Assembly (NCBI GenBank): GCA_951406725.2 | Contig: OX597821.1 | Location: forward strand, 1,488,001-1,552,000 | Direction: 5' to 3' | DNA: 64,000 bases | DNA from: Octopus vulgaris | Lineage: Eukaryota | Shown here: piece by piece, positions 40,210 through 54,647 of the stretch | Layout: every line of letters begins with the position of its first letter | Numbering within the stretch: position 1 is the first letter of the stretch | Program-made: the position numbers and the translations under genes | Notes under the pieces: generated by a model | Seen by the model: the letters and a program-made list of their open reading frames with translations, nothing else | Databases searched by the model: none | Told to the model about the DNA's origin: nothing

Positions 40210-40581
40210 TAGGCGCGTGGCTCAGCGTTTAGGGAGCTGGACTAATGATCATTTGTCCCCGGGTTCAATACCAGTTCATGACAACGAGCGGTGTCCTTGA
40301 GCAAGGTATTCCATTTCGCATTGCTACAGTCTACTCAGTTGAAAATGAGGTATACATACAGGTAATATCTATTATTTGTTTCAGTCATTAAACTGTGGTC
40401 ATGCTGGGGCACTGCCTGAAGAATTTTTATTTAAATGAAACGACTCGAGTACTTAATATTTTACTAAGCTTGGCACTTATTCTATTGGTCGCTTTTTCCC
40501 TAACCGCTAAGTTACGGGAACATAAGACACCAACACCGGTTGCCAAGCGGGGGTGGGGCATAAACACAGGCACACACACAT

Positions 40582-40647
<66 letters not shown>

Positions 40648-40808
40648 GACGGGCTTCTTTCAGTTTCCGTCAACCAAATCCACTAACAAAGCTTTGGTCA
40701 GCCCCGGGCTATAGCGGAAGACACTCGCTCAAGATGGCACGCAGAAAGATTGAACCCAGAACAATGTGGTGAGGAAGTAGTCTTCTTACCACACAGCCAC
40801 ACCTGCAC
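40210..40808. mobile_element. Old tRNA-SINE head (40210-40350, +) and a family A SINE (40375-40808, -)
   Basis: gtgtccttgagcaag motif; reverse-complement family A motifs. Confidence 0.8.
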
Positions 40809-40984
40809 CATATATTTAAAAATAACACTGATGTCTTTAATTACGGCTATTCTGGGGACAGGTAAAACATCTAAAATTCTTATTTAATGATTGAATCAGA
40901 AATAAAATGTTACTGTTATTTTAATAACCGGTCTCCAGCAGGAAGATTATAATTTAGATTGAGCAAATAGGGTTTTTTGTTTTG

Positions 40985-41428
40985 CTTGCTGGACCTGGTG
41001 CAAGGGGCAGTATTGAAGTCTGCATGTCCCCTGACAAAGTACAGAATACTGGCCAGCCGCTATCAGTTTGTACCATTCATCGTCGAGACGTCAGTTGTTT
41101 TAGGACCCCGTACTACCGATTCCCTCTGGAAAATAGAAATAACGGTGGTCCGTTGTAGAAATGGATCCTCGCGAGATTGAGCGGCTACTCTAGCGAGCGT
41201 CACTGGTCATTCTCTGCGACAGCGTCATCGTGGTCATTTCCTCAGGGTGCGTTTGAGCACACCTTTTTTTCTGGAATACGTGGCCCATCGCGCCTGCCCT
41301 TTCCATCTTCCGCGGCTTTACTTCTCTCTGTTTTCTTTTTACCCTTTTTTTTCCTTTCTCATTTCTCTCCTTTCCTGTTTCGTTGTGTCTCTGTAAATCT
41401 TTGAAATCTAATACTTGGAATAAATAAA
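40985..41428 (+). pseudogene. CRE-clade non-LTR retrotransposon 3' fragment
   Basis: KYRILASRYQFVPFIVETSVVLGP...DPRE..LL*RASLVIL matches the CRE endonuclease C-terminus; pyrimidine-rich UTR ending aataaataaa. Confidence 0.7.
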
Positions 41429-42871
41429 TTAGGTGATTGATGCTGTTAATGTTCCGTTCAAATTGTCACGGATGTAGATACTTGCATGACAGATATCATC
41501 TGCAAGGAGATTCAAACATGCCAGAGTGCTGAGGAGAAGGGACTTAGCATAGCGTAAAGTGCAATGTTTGAGTGGATACCGGACACAACAAAAGTGACCT
41601 CGTGTTATCGACAAGTGAGTCAGGAGTAACTTAGTGGAAGACGTACAAGATTAGATTGCGCTGTAGAACAGAGGTCTTTATTGAAGTGATAGAAAAATTT
41701 GCCAATCAATAAAATATAGATCAATAAGAAAATGTACCAGAGAGAGAAGTAAGTTTTGAATTTACAATACTTGACTAAAACCCTTCTTAGGTGGTGTTCC
41801 AGCTTGGCCTAAGTCCACTGACTGAAAGATAAAGGAATCTGGTGTTAAACTTACATTGGCAACAGATCATATATTTAGAAGGAAAAAGGATACATTCTAA
41901 TAAAGAGGTTCTTGGACATCATTTTAACGATCACAGATGAGCGAAAAGTGTTGTCAGTTTTAGTAGAATATTAACAAAATTTCTGGTGTGAGAAAATTTA
42001 AACATTGTAAAACATTTAGATCAATATTTTGCTTTTTCTAGTCTTCCAACATCCTTCCTGTTCCATATTAGCAAACGAATTTTATGATGAGAAATATTTA
42101 ATGTTTCAAATATGTGTTAAAGAAGAATAAAAGAATGAAAGAATATCAAAATTTACGAACAAGTAAAGGAACAAAAGATATATATTGCAAAATGAATTTC
42201 GCTGTTTATAAAATTGACAGCAAATATTTATCAAAATCTCAGCCTTAGTGAATGAAATTAGTTTAACAAACATTTCTGTAGAAATTCGTCGGAAAATAAC
42301 ATTCTATAACGAAATGAAAATATAAATTTTAATTAAAAAAAATAAATAGAATTCTCAACATTTTGAAATACCGTTTGGCGGACCGAATTCCTAAGCAGAG
42401 AAAAAAAAATATAAAAAAATGTAAAAATATTATAAAATAGAGCAGAGATATTGTAATAAAGATGGCAGGCATAAATATTATTACTTCTGACGAGATATTG
42501 AAAATAGAGAAAAAAAAAAGCATATTGCAAGCTCAAATCATCTTCTAACATGATTATTGACAGAAATGGTTTAGTGTCTAGTGCGAAACAAATGTAAACA
42601 AAAAGAGAAAAAAATATAATAAGAATATAGAGAATATTAATGTTCGCATACACAAAAGTCAGAAGCATAATAATGCATTTTGCATTAGACAAGCCAGTAG
42701 CAATTTGTGTCTGCAATAGCAAAAGAAATAACACTGTTATAGCCAGCTGTCCCAGTCGTCATAATGATGATATTGACCAGGCTTTCAGCGAATACCTACG
42801 GAGACAGATTATGAAATCCATTCAAAGCAGCCGTATAATAAATAGACTGTTGAAGATATTAGGAAGAAAGA

Positions 42872-42909
<38 letters not shown>

Positions 42910-44674
42910 AAAAGAGAGAGGGGGGAAAAGAGAGATAGAGGGGACGGGGAGAGATATGGAGAGACGACAGATAAACTCTCCAATTATTTAGTAATTTCAT
43001 TTTGGAAGGAATAATGAAATCCAACACCAACTCTATAATTCTATCACTTGCGTATACATGTATGTATGTGTATATGTATATATATATATATACATACATA
43101 TACACATACACACACATGCACACATAGACACATACACTCACAAACGCATACATATACACGTATCACAAATGCATGGTTGTGGTTAAGCTGTGCTTCAATA
43201 GCCAGAAAGAGATTAATATGATTGTATGTTGGACGCCTGAAGCGTCATATATATGTTAATTCATGTGAGGTAAACAGAGATAACACACCAGAAAAGCAGG
43301 TTCTGTTCGGTCATCGGCTGTACACATCTGCGTATTTGAAAACAATAAGGTAAAACTTTGCACCGCATGCAATGAAGGTTGTTGGTTCTTGTCGGCAATA
43401 TACTAAGCTGGGGCTATCTTTTACAACATCCGAAACGAATTTTGACATGAGTCGGAAACTTGGAATAAAATCGTGCTTTTTACGACAGAGAATGATGTAG
43501 TTTATCTCAATGAGGCTGAGGTCACATGAATTTGACATGTTCCTGAATGCCGTTAATTTATTTATCTTAGAACACCCATAAGATATTGGCGGTCACGCCT
43601 GGGTCTTTAGGTTTCCGTATATACTTTGATATCCCTGTGGGGTTTCACACGTGGCAATGATAAAAAGAGTTGTTGCTCTGATGTAGGTGGCTCTTGTTAC
43701 GAATCTTCTGTAATCCCTTTGTTCCTTGTTGGCGTGTTGCTGATTGAGATATACAATAGCAAAACTGCAATGCCATTCCTAAGATCGAATGCATAGAAAC
43801 AAAACATTAAATATCGATCTGATTCTTCTCGCAGCATCTCATAAGTATGCAAAATATAACACACGATTCCCAAATAAGATTACCCTGATCAAGCAGAATA
43901 TGTTTTATTTTTCTCTCACGTCACACCACCGTTGCATCATTGCAACATGTTACTCAAAAATACAACCGCTTCTATCAAGTTCATGTATACGGCTTTTAAT
44001 CATTATCACCCTTCAGAAGGATAGTTCTTAGCTGTTTTTAATTCATGTTGTAAAATTTTTCGTTTTCCCTGTCGCCCATCATCCTCCAACTGCCATCTTT
44101 GTTTCATCTCCTTTTCATCCTTCTGTCATCTCCTTTTCATCTTACTCATCTTTCTCCGCCTCCTTTTCGTTTTCAGATGCTGTTGATGGTTCTGTTGAGC
44201 ATTCAAAAAAAAAAGAAACCCGAAACAGAAACGATGTACTGATGTGTAATGTTACATTTCGCCAACCATAACACAACTCAACTCCATCATATCAGCACAA
44301 CTTCGTTTCGAGTGGAAAATCAAGTTAATCTGATTTTAAAAAAAGCAAAAGAACTTGTTGGAAGTACACTACAATATGTTTCAATTTCAAGGGAATAGTT
44401 GCCATGGGAACACTTGATCTTTGTAATATTGAATAATGCTGGAAAGACTGATCAAGGATGTAAGCGACATGATCATCCTAAAAAGACACACGCACACATA
44501 TGAACGCACGCACTCACATAGACGCGCGCGCATACACTCACACACAAAAAAGGAAGACTAGTTTCAAGTGTTTTTCCCTAAGAATTATAAAGAAGATAAT
44601 GTCAGTCTTGACAATGTGAGAGAAATATTGTTTATACTGATCAAAATTATGACATCTGTGAAAATATTGACGAT

Positions 44675-45152
44675 GATTTCAAATTTCGGCACAAGGCCAG
44701 CAAATTCGGAGAAGGGTGCTAGTCGATTATATTGACCCCAGTGCTGAACTGGTATTTAATCTATCGACTCCCGAAAGGATGAAAGGCAAAGACGACGTCG
44801 GTAGAATTTGAACCCAGAACGTGCAGACAGACGAAATGCCGCTAAGCATTTTGCGCAGCGAGCTAACGACTCTGCCAGCTCGACGCCTTCAGTAGAATTT
44901 AATATTAATATTAATAGTAATATTAACAAAAGTTAATAATCTTTTCTATTAAAGGCACAAGGCCCGATGTTTTAGGGGAGGGGACTAGTCAACTACATCG
45001 ACCCCAGAATTTCCCTGGTACTTAATTTATCGACTCCGAAAGATGAAAGGCAAAGTCGACCACGGCGGAATTTGAACCCAGAATGTAGCGACGGGCGAAA
45101 TACCACTAAGCATTTCGTCCAGCGTGCTAACGACTCTGCCAGCTCGCCGACT
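44675..45152 (-). mobile_element. Two complete family B SINE monomers (44675-44890, 44945-45152); another partial copy at 45935-46135
   Basis: Each runs from the ggcacaaggcc tail to the gccagctcg head on the minus strand. Confidence 0.9.
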
Positions 45153-45834
45153 TCAATAGTATTTAATATTAATAGTAATATTAACGTTGTTAATAATGTA
45201 AATATTAACACTATCTCATATCCAGACTGTGAGAGGTATCATATTTAATTAGTGGCAATATTCTAGCCTCTGTTGCAACTAGAACCCAACAGCTTGCAAA
45301 GTCACCGAGATGAGGTTAAAATTACTTTCATGAACAGTACACTTAAAGAAAAAACAACAACAACAGTCTCTTAAAGACGTAAGTTAAGAGAAACTGTAAG
45401 CTATGTGGAAATGAGGCGGGTGAGAAATTACATTTTAATTCTCAGATGTATAAGCGATTTAAGCGATTTCCTCTAGGCTTGCTTCCTTTCGATGATAGAA
45501 CGGACAGAATTAAATAGGCAATATATTGTTACACAAGAATAGATAAATGTTGTTAACCTAGAACAGGTACTTGGAAGAGTAAATTAGAATGCAGAATACA
45601 TAATCTACGAAAATAAGCCAATGAAATTATGCAGACGACAATATGTAACCATAATATAGATACAAAGCGTAGCGAAACCCAGATTTCTTAATGAATCAAG
45701 CAACATTCATGTTGGGTTGGTCAGACATTTTTAATTCCCTGTGAAGTCCTGATCTAGCTCCCTTTATCTGCTAGTTTTTAGTCATGTGAAGGGCAGCTTT
45801 TAGGGACAACGATTTGACGACACAGCTGCTGCCT

Positions 45835-45888
<54 letters not shown>

Positions 45889-46424
45889 TTGCTGCTGCTG
45901 CCGCTGCTCTTGCTACCCTCCCCCTACTACTACTGGTTTAAAATTTTGACACAAGTAATATTGGTGGAGGGGATGGGGTTAGTCGATTACATCGAACCGA
46001 ATACTTGGTTGGTACTTTATTTTATTACCCACCTCCAGAGTATGAAAGGCAATGTTCATCTCGGTGATATTTAATCTCACAAACAGCCAGACGAAATACC
46101 GCTAAACATTTCGCCCGGTGTGCTAACCCGGCGCCTCAAATAATGCTTTCAAAGTTTGGCCGCATTCACTAATAATAATAATAAGACATTCTCTAGGACA
46201 ATACTCCGTGCAAAACCAAAAATAAGGCACCCTGGTCATAACAACAACTTGAACTTCTAAATTGTTGTCTCTTAAGGTCTCTGGGTGAGACTTTTGTCCA
46301 CTTGTACAAATAAAAACCAAAAGCTAACCATATAACAACAACTATAATAATAATAATAATGATAACAACAATAATGCTGCTGCTGCTGATGATGATGCTG
46401 TTGCTGCTGCTGCTGCTGATGATG

Positions 46425-46808
46425 ATGATAATAAAAATGATAGTCTTAATTGAGAAAGAAAACAAACTATGCTGCCCTGCTGGCAACAACGTATGCGATA
46501 AGGAAGAAAGAAAAGTCGAGAGATATGACAGGTTAGCTTGGGAAGTTAAGCAGTTGTGATCTATGAAAAGGTAGCAGTAGTACCAAGAATTATCGGAGCC
46601 CTGGGAACAGTGAGCAAAAATCTTGAGAAGTACGTGGAACAAATAGGTGTTGCAATGAGGGTGGAGAGCACTTGCAGAAAACAGCACTGCCTGAAACCGC
46701 TCGAATACTACGGAAGGTGCTTGAAAAATAAGAGGTGTTACCTTAGTTCACTGGTGGTGAACAGCTGACACTGTAGTACTTCTCCAGCGTTAGAAGCTGT
46801 GCAAAGGC
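46425..46808 (+). pseudogene. R4/Dong-clade 3' fragment (second family)
   Basis: VCDKEERKVERYDRLAWEVKQL..VAVVPRIIGALGTVSKNLEKY..LQKTAL.ETARILRKVLE; followed by (TAC)n/(TAA)n. Confidence 0.8.
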
Positions 46809-46815
46809 ACTACTG

Positions 46816-46885
<70 letters not shown>

Positions 46886-46909
46886 CACCACCACCACCAC
46901 CACCACCAA

Positions 46910-46947
<38 letters not shown>

Positions 46948-46968
46948 ATAATAATAATAATAATAATA

Positions 46969-47002
<34 letters not shown>

Positions 47003-49381
47003 CGGGGGACTTTTAAGAGAGAACACCGGGGGACGTTTAAGATGTAAGAACAATAAAACAGAGCTACGAAATCTATCCACAAACATCGAAGACAAAGACA
47101 TCGTATGGAGCCAAAAATTTACTAACAAAGGATTGGACTATATCCGAGTAAGTAATACTCATTGAAATTTATTACTATTTTCGAAACGAAATGATGTATT
47201 TTAACTCGATATCATCTCCACCTCTAACACAACACATGTAAACATGCCTGATACATTACGATCCATCAACACCAGATCATACCCGACCCCAAACACCATG
47301 TACAAAGGAACTACGAAGAAATTAAATACCACCGATATTATTCAACCAAAGAATAACAATCGGGAAGTACTTACTTTAAACTTACAACATAAAATGTACG
47401 AAAAACTACACGTGCAAAACAATGTGACAACAGAAAGGAACGGACCGGTACCCTACGAAAATGACGACCGTCAAAATAATGGGCCGGACGTTGTTCCTCA
47501 TGTCCCGCAAATAAAACCCAAAAGACATAAATAGACACGTGAGGAATACATTTCTATCCTACACGCATACTTCACAGCAGTACTTTACTCCAAAAGTGAA
47601 AACACAACAACACATACATATAAAATATGGAAGGAAAATAACATAAATATAGACTTGGATACAGCAATCAACCCTAATAAACTAGCTAACGTACGAAGAC
47701 ACATTCTCAACGCAAAAAAATATCAGAAATAGAAATAGAACATTTAAAAGAAAAAATACACCAGGAAAATGTAGATAGAAGCCACACAACAATGCCCAAT
47801 AATATAAACACTGAAACAGTAAAACACGATGACAAACGTAACAGTCCCAACAAACACGATGTAAACAAATAACAACAAACCCAGACCGTGAGGATGCATA
47901 ATAATACACGACAAACAGCAAGCCAAAACACGGCAAACAAACATATAAATAAGAAAGAAAGCGACACAAATCTAAAACCTGGAAACAACGAAGGGGAACC
48001 TAATGATTATGATAATATAAAAACGAAAATAATCAAAGAACTGAAAACCACAGAGCTCAAAATGGACCACCGGCCATACCTTCCAAAAATCAAAATAGAC
48101 GAAACAGCATAAACCTAGTCGTCACGGAACTAATAGCCACTGAAACAAAAAAGCGATATAACTGAGCTAAATGACTTAGTATACGCAGCAGCCACTGCAG
48201 CCACAAAAGAAGCTGGATACTCACTCAAACCCATCCAAACAGGAGTACCACCACCCAAACAAACCCTGTGGATAAATAACATCCAAAACAAAATACAAAA
48301 AATGAAAAAAGATCTGTCGATTCTTAATGAAATCAGTAGACAATCGACGCTACTGAGCAACAAAAAGAAAACAAAAATACTCCGCAAATATAACATCACA
48401 GAAAAAGATTTACCTGAGATAAAAGAAAAGCTGAAGCAAGATATCCTTGCCAAAGCACAAAGGATCCGCCGGTACGAGAAACGCTAGCGCTTCTTTGAAC
48501 AAAACAAACAGTTCAACTCCAACCCCAAAAAGTTCTACCAAGAATTTGGCAAAAATAAAATAGAAATCATTGCAACACCAACGGCAGAAGAAGTGGAAGA
48601 ATTCTGGAGAGAAATATGGTCGGCGAACGAACAACCAAAAAGAAGGAGTATTAAAACAACAAACTCAGCATCTGAGCAACTTTGGACCCCAATAACAACT
48701 GCAGAGGTCACCCAGGCACTGCAAAGACTAAGCAACTGGAAGGCACCTGGGCATGACAAGATCCCCAACTTCTGGTTGAAATATCTAACAGGAATGCACA
48801 AAAAGCTGGCTGAAAACTTTAACAACGTACTAGCAGAGCCAGAGACAATGCTTGAATAGCTCACGAAGGGGAAAACCATCTTAATTCCCAAATCAAATGA
48901 AACAGAAAAACCAGAAAACTACAGACCAATAACCTGTCTCCCTACAATGTACAAACCATTTATTGCAGTAATATCGCAAAGATTGAACAAGCACCTGGAC
49001 GAAAACAACCTGTTTCTAGAAGAGCAGAAAGGATGCCGCAAAGGCTCATATGGCTGTAAAGATCAACTAATGATCAATAAACTCATAGCTGAAGACAGTC
49101 ACAGAAAGAAGAAAGGCCTCAGTATGGTCTGGATCGACTACAAAAAGGCGTTTGATAGCATCCCCCACACATGGATCCTCGAAACACTAGCCATGAACAA
49201 AGTAGCACCAACAATTATAAAATTCATAGGGCACTCTATGAATAAATGGCAAACAGTGCTACAGCTCCAAACAAAAGAAGGACTCATGAAAACCAAAGCC
49301 ATTCCCATTAGAAGAGGAATATTCAGGGAGACACGCTCTCTCCACTCCTTTTCTGCTTGGCACTGTCACCTCTATCTGATA

Positions 49382-49742
49382 TCTCTCTATATATAAACGG
49401 CAGTTTGTCTGTGCGTGTTTCTGTGTGTCTGTTTGCTTGTACCCTCACCCTGACCACGGCTTTCAACCGATTCTGATGAAACTTGACACACACACAATGT
49501 CATAATTCAAAACTAACGCAGCGAAAATTTTGAAAAGTTCCCCCAGTTCTGAAAAAAATCGATAAATTCGACATGGGGTCGAGAATCAGAAACACAAACC
49601 GTCTAGGGGACGCAACTCCACCTTTTTTTACTCTCAAAAAAAATTTACCATCATTTTTTTCCATTTTTTGGCTATAACTCTCTAAAAATGCCTTATAGTT
49701 ATTTCCCTTACAAATCTGAGCAACGCCGGGCGATACTGCTAG
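49382..49742 (+). mobile_element. Non-autonomous Helitron inserted in the Dong RT domain
   Basis: TC...gagcaacgccgggcgatactgCTAG; removing it restores ctatctgatA|TGctaaataga (LSDMLNR) with no TSD. Confidence 0.92.
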
Positions 49743-50477
49743 TGCTAAATAGAACTGGATGCGGATATAAATGTTACGGCAAAACGATCAGCCACATTTT
49801 ATATATGGATGACCTAAAACTATACGCTGCAAATGACAAACAGCTGGAAACACTATTAAAGACAGTTCATGGATTTACCAAAGAAATAGATATGAAATTT
49901 GGATTAGAAAAATGCGCCAAAGTAACCCTGAAAAGAGGAAAACTAGTTAAGAGTAGCAACATCACACTAGATAAAACCAATGAAATAAAAGAACTAGACC
50001 AAAGCCAAACTTACAAATACTTAGGAATCCATGAACTAGATAAGACACAACACACACAAATGAAAGAGAAAATAAAAAAAGAATATTATAGACGTGTTAG
50101 ATCAATGCTAAAAACAAGATAATAAGTATTAACACTTTAGCTGTCCCAGTTATAATTTACAGCTACAATATCCTTAACTGGACACTAAATGAACTGACCA
50201 AAATAGATAGGAAAACAAGAAAAATAATGACAGGATCTAGGATGCATCACCCAAAATATGACATAGAAAGACTATATATACAACGTATAGAAGGTGGTGG
50301 AGGCCTTATACAGCTGGAAAACTACTATAAAATAACCACCATAGGACTGCAAAAATATCTACTTCAGAAGGAAAACTGATACAAATAGCGGCAAAACACG
50401 CGCAAAACAAAAAACTGTTCTCAGTAATCAAGGAAGCTGACAAATACAAACAAGAAATCATACCACCTAATAAATAT

Positions 50478-50726
50478 GAAGAAGAAGAAGAAGAAGAAGA
50501 AGAAGAAGAAGAAGAAGAAGAAGAAGAAGAAGAAGAAGAAGAAGAAGAAGAAGAAGAAGAAGAAGAAGAAGAAGAAGAAGAAGAAGAAGAAGAAGAAGAA
50601 GAAGAAGAAGAAGAAGAAGAAGAAGAAGAAGAAGAAGAAGAAAAAGAAGAAGAAGAAGAAGAAGAAGAAGAAGAAGAAGAAGAAGAAGAAGAAGAAGAAG
50701 AAGAAGAAGAAGAAGAAGAAGAAGAA
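50478..50726 (+). repeat. (GAA)~83 microsatellite, in frame (poly-Glu) within the Dong ORF
   Basis: ..CCT AAT AAA TAT (GAA)n GGG AAC AAA AGC TAT AAA CAA ATG AAA.. Confidence 0.95.
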
Positions 50727-51659
50727 GGGAACAAAAGCTATAAACAAATGAAATCCAAACTAAAAATAGAACAGCAACGAACCATGATTAAAACGATGGC
50801 AAGAAAAGCCCCTTCATGGCAAATACTGGACTAAACTAAATGCAAAAGAAATAGACAAAGAAAAATCCCATCAATGGTTGAGAAGCTCAGGACTCAAAGC
50901 AGAAACAGAGGGATTTTTAATTGCAGCACAAGACCAAAGCCTCCCCACCAGAAATTACCAAAAACATGTAATGAAAAGAAATGTAACAAGTAACTGCAGA
51001 ATATGTGGAGATGGACAAGAAACAATAAATCATATTATCTCTGGCTGCCCAGTCCTGGCTAAGAAGGAATATATTCACAGACATGACAGAGTTGGAACCT
51101 ACATACACTGGAAGCTATGCCAACATTATGGAATAGCAACAGAAAAAAGATCGTATAGGCACACACCAGAAAAGGTCACAGAAAAGGAGAAAGCAACCAT
51201 ACTCTGGGATATGCCAATACACACAGATAGAGAAATGAAGGCCAACAGACCAGATATAGTTGTCAGAGATCATGAAGAAAAAAAATGTTTTCTAATTGAT
51301 GTATCAATACCAGCGGATGACAACGTGTCTCTAAAAGAAATGGAGAAACTTTCAAAATACAAAGACATGGCAATAGAGGTAACCAGAATGTGGAATCTAA
51401 AAACAGAAACAATTCCTATCATAATAGGTGCATTAGGCATGATAAAAAAATATTCAGACAAATACATAACAAAAACACCAGGACTTACAAACACATGTAA
51501 CATACAGAAAAGTTCACTACTAGGGCACTGCACACATCCTACGCAGAACACTTTCCATACAATAACCATCAGAGCATCACAACAAATCACAGCACGTGCC
51601 CAAGGCACACAGAGCTGCGCTCGGTAGTGAAGTGAAAGCACGCTATAAAAATAAAACTA

Positions 51660-51791
<132 letters not shown>

Positions 51792-51800
51792 TATAATAAT

Positions 51801-52148
51801 GAGCAGAAGTAGTGGGGAAGCATCATAGCCATGTGTTGAAAGGAATTCTTGGAGGTTTGGATACTTCATCGTTGGAAACATGAGGGGTTCGTTCAACATC
51901 TTTAAATAATCCTAATTCAGGGGCCTTTTAAGCGGGATGGGCTACTCGACCAGAGGGAAATTCTAACCGGCCCCTACCTGCAAGGTCATGTGCTGTTTAT
52001 CTTGATATGAGATCACCATGTCGCGCACATATGGTTGTGATGCATGTGTCTGGTGTACCCTTATCAGATAGGTAGTCATGATGGGTATACTGGGCTTCGT
52101 ATATTTTACCCCAGTGTCACTTTGATGGCACGCACTGCTCTCTCATTC
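51801..52148 (+). mobile_element. (TAA)n-embedded retroposon, 5'-truncated copy of 8651-9200
   Basis: Colinear with 8853-9200; lies in the TAA tail of the Dong element. Confidence 0.88.
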
Positions 52149-52204
<56 letters not shown>

Positions 52205-52916
52205 TAATAATAATAATGATGATGATAAGGAGGAGGAGGTAATGAAGCTGCAAAGGCAGAAGTATATAAAAGAAAAGTGAGAAGCTGGAAGGTAATTGAG
52301 ATGGAGTGGCGTCAATAATGAAGTTATTGAACGAAGCAACAGATTACTGTAGTATAACTAATATAATATTTGTATTAAGTCATATACATATAAAGGTGCA
52401 CCTGACCACTATTAACAAGGAAGCAAAATTAGTAACCTTGAAAATTGAAATAAATGGATGATATATTAAATTAAAAATTAAGTACAAAATTGTTGAGAAG
52501 GATGAAATTAAGACGAAAATAATTTTCCAACAGTAAAATGATAACAACCACGATAAAAACCCAAAAAAAAAACAAAAAAAAAAACGGCTTGTGAATCTAA
52601 ACGTATAAATGCCGGATATTAAATGTTTAATCTTTAATATGGTTATCTATACTCTTGTGTTATGGAAAAAAAAGTGGGTGCAATTTGACATATTAATTCA
52701 GGTGGTTATATATTATTGCTACTGGAAGGAAATTAATAATTTAGTTGAAATGATGGAGAAATAACATACGCATATATATATATATATGTATATATATAAC
52801 GGAAATATGCAAAGATATAAAAGTAAATGCAAAAATCTAGAAATTAAAATCGCGAAAGTATTATATTAAAAAATTATTTCCTAAATCCTATATATATATA
52901 TATATGTGTATATATA

Positions 52917-53012
<96 letters not shown>

Positions 53013-53122
53013 TATATGTATACATATATAGGTCCATATATATATACATTTACATATTTACATATATATATATATATATGAACATATGCATATATATGTA
53101 CATATATACATATATATATATA

Positions 53123-53185
<63 letters not shown>

Positions 53186-53758
53186 GCATATATTATACTT
53201 AGCCCAAAGGAATAGGGAAACAAACTAGAATAAATTGTAAAGTATAAAAAATAAAACTCAGTAAAATGTAAAATAATGTAAAAAAAAAATAATACAAGGA
53301 TAATTAATATAACAAACTGGAAAACTACTTCGTAGCCTCCATTTTAGGTAACACACCGTCTGCTTTAACAGTTCGGGTATTTTGGTTTCGTGAAGTATTT
53401 TAGTTATTTTATTAAATTTGCCTAGAATTTATAAATTACGCCGAAAAACAACAAGCAAAAGAAGCGTTAAAAAATAATAGAAACAATTGTCTAATCTCTC
53501 CCAAATCACACATTTGCTGTGTGTACGGACTCTCTTGTCATTTCGATGAATCTGTGTTCAGCCAGACACGCCTGAATAAATTGGTATTGGTGTCTTGGTT
53601 TACTATAATCTGGGATATATTAAGTTATATTGATTCAGAGAGACCAACGTAATCTGTTAGTATCAAAGTCGGTCAGTAAAGATGATGTCTCTTCGTCGGC
53701 GCATCAGCTTCAATATCTTTTTCAAGAAAATATCTTTCTGTAATACATCTCTTTCCGA

Positions 53759-53891
53759 TACATTATTTACATGTGACGGATATTTGCCCACGGTCATATA
53801 GCGTAGTGGTTAAGAGCTCGGGCTACTAACTCCAAGATTCCAAACTCGATTCTAGGCAGTGACCTGAATAATAATAATAATAATGATTATG

Positions 53892-53943
<52 letters not shown>

Positions 53944-53948
53944 TTATG

Positions 53949-54000
<52 letters not shown>

Positions 54001-54005
54001 TTATG

Positions 54006-54078
<73 letters not shown>

Positions 54079-54647
54079 CAACAACAACATCGAAAGATCA
54101 CAGGCAGAAGTAACGGGAAGCATCACGAGCAGAAATAGTGAGGGAGCATCATACCCATGTGTTGAGAGGGATTCTTTGGGGTTTGAGTAATTCACCTCTG
54201 GAAACATGGGTGTTTCCTTCAACATCCTTAAACAATCCTTATTGAGGGACCTTTTGAGAAGGATGGGTTACTCGACCAGAAGAAAATTCTAACTGGGCCC
54301 CCACCTGCAAGGTCATGTGCTGTTTATCTTGATATGAGATCACCATGTCGCGCACATATGGTTATGATGCATGTGCCTAGTGTACACGTACGCGTAGTCA
54401 TGATGGGTATACTGGGCTTCGTATATTTTATCCCAGTATCACTTTGATGGCGTGCATCAATAATGATAATAACATCGAAAAATACTTTAGGAATGAGAAT
54501 CCAGGTTTGAAATTTCCCCAAGACACCTGATGAAGGCTGGAGGGTATAACAGCCGAAACGTTGTATTAACAACAAACAAGATGAGGACAAATATCCGTCA
54601 AATGTAAATAATGTACATAATTCCTCATCTCTTAAATATAGAACTGT
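53759..54647 (+). mobile_element. tRNA-headed SINE with hammerhead, inverted terminal segment and 12-bp TSD; carries a nested insertion at 54096-54458
   Basis: TSD atctctttccga at 53747-53758 and 54648-54659; inverted repeat 53759-53786/54588-54615; tRNA-like 53792-53865; hammerhead 54523-54566; 32-nt 3' extension. Confidence 0.85.
54523..54566 (+). ncRNA. Minimal type I hammerhead motif
   Basis: ACAC CTGATGA a GGCTG gagggtataa CAGCC GAAA CG TT GTAT (GTGT in the 59.6-kb copy); palindromic AACGTT stem III. Confidence 0.7.

Larger units (their letters stand above)
47244..51564 (+). pseudogene. Disrupted reverse transcriptase / CCHC / restriction-like endonuclease ORF
   Basis: WKAPGHDKI, NYRPITCL, EEQKGCRKG, WIDYKKAFDSIPH, RRGIF, LYMDDLKLYA, YKYLG, CRICGDGQETINHIISGC, RHD, RPD..D, KY; stops at ~48485 and ~48857, frameshifts, Helitron and (GAA)n insertions. 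Confidence 0.93.

Noticed and set aside
43270-43800. Possible decayed transposase
   Set aside because: No diagnostic motif could be assigned by eye
46185-46325. Possible third R4-type 3' end between AAT tracts
   Set aside because: Only a few residues and a UTR-like motif; too weak to call
53792-53865. Possible tRNA gene
   Set aside because: Mismatched stems, a mutated B box, no oligo-T terminator, and embedded in a TSD-flanked repeat with a second diverged copy; it is a SINE head
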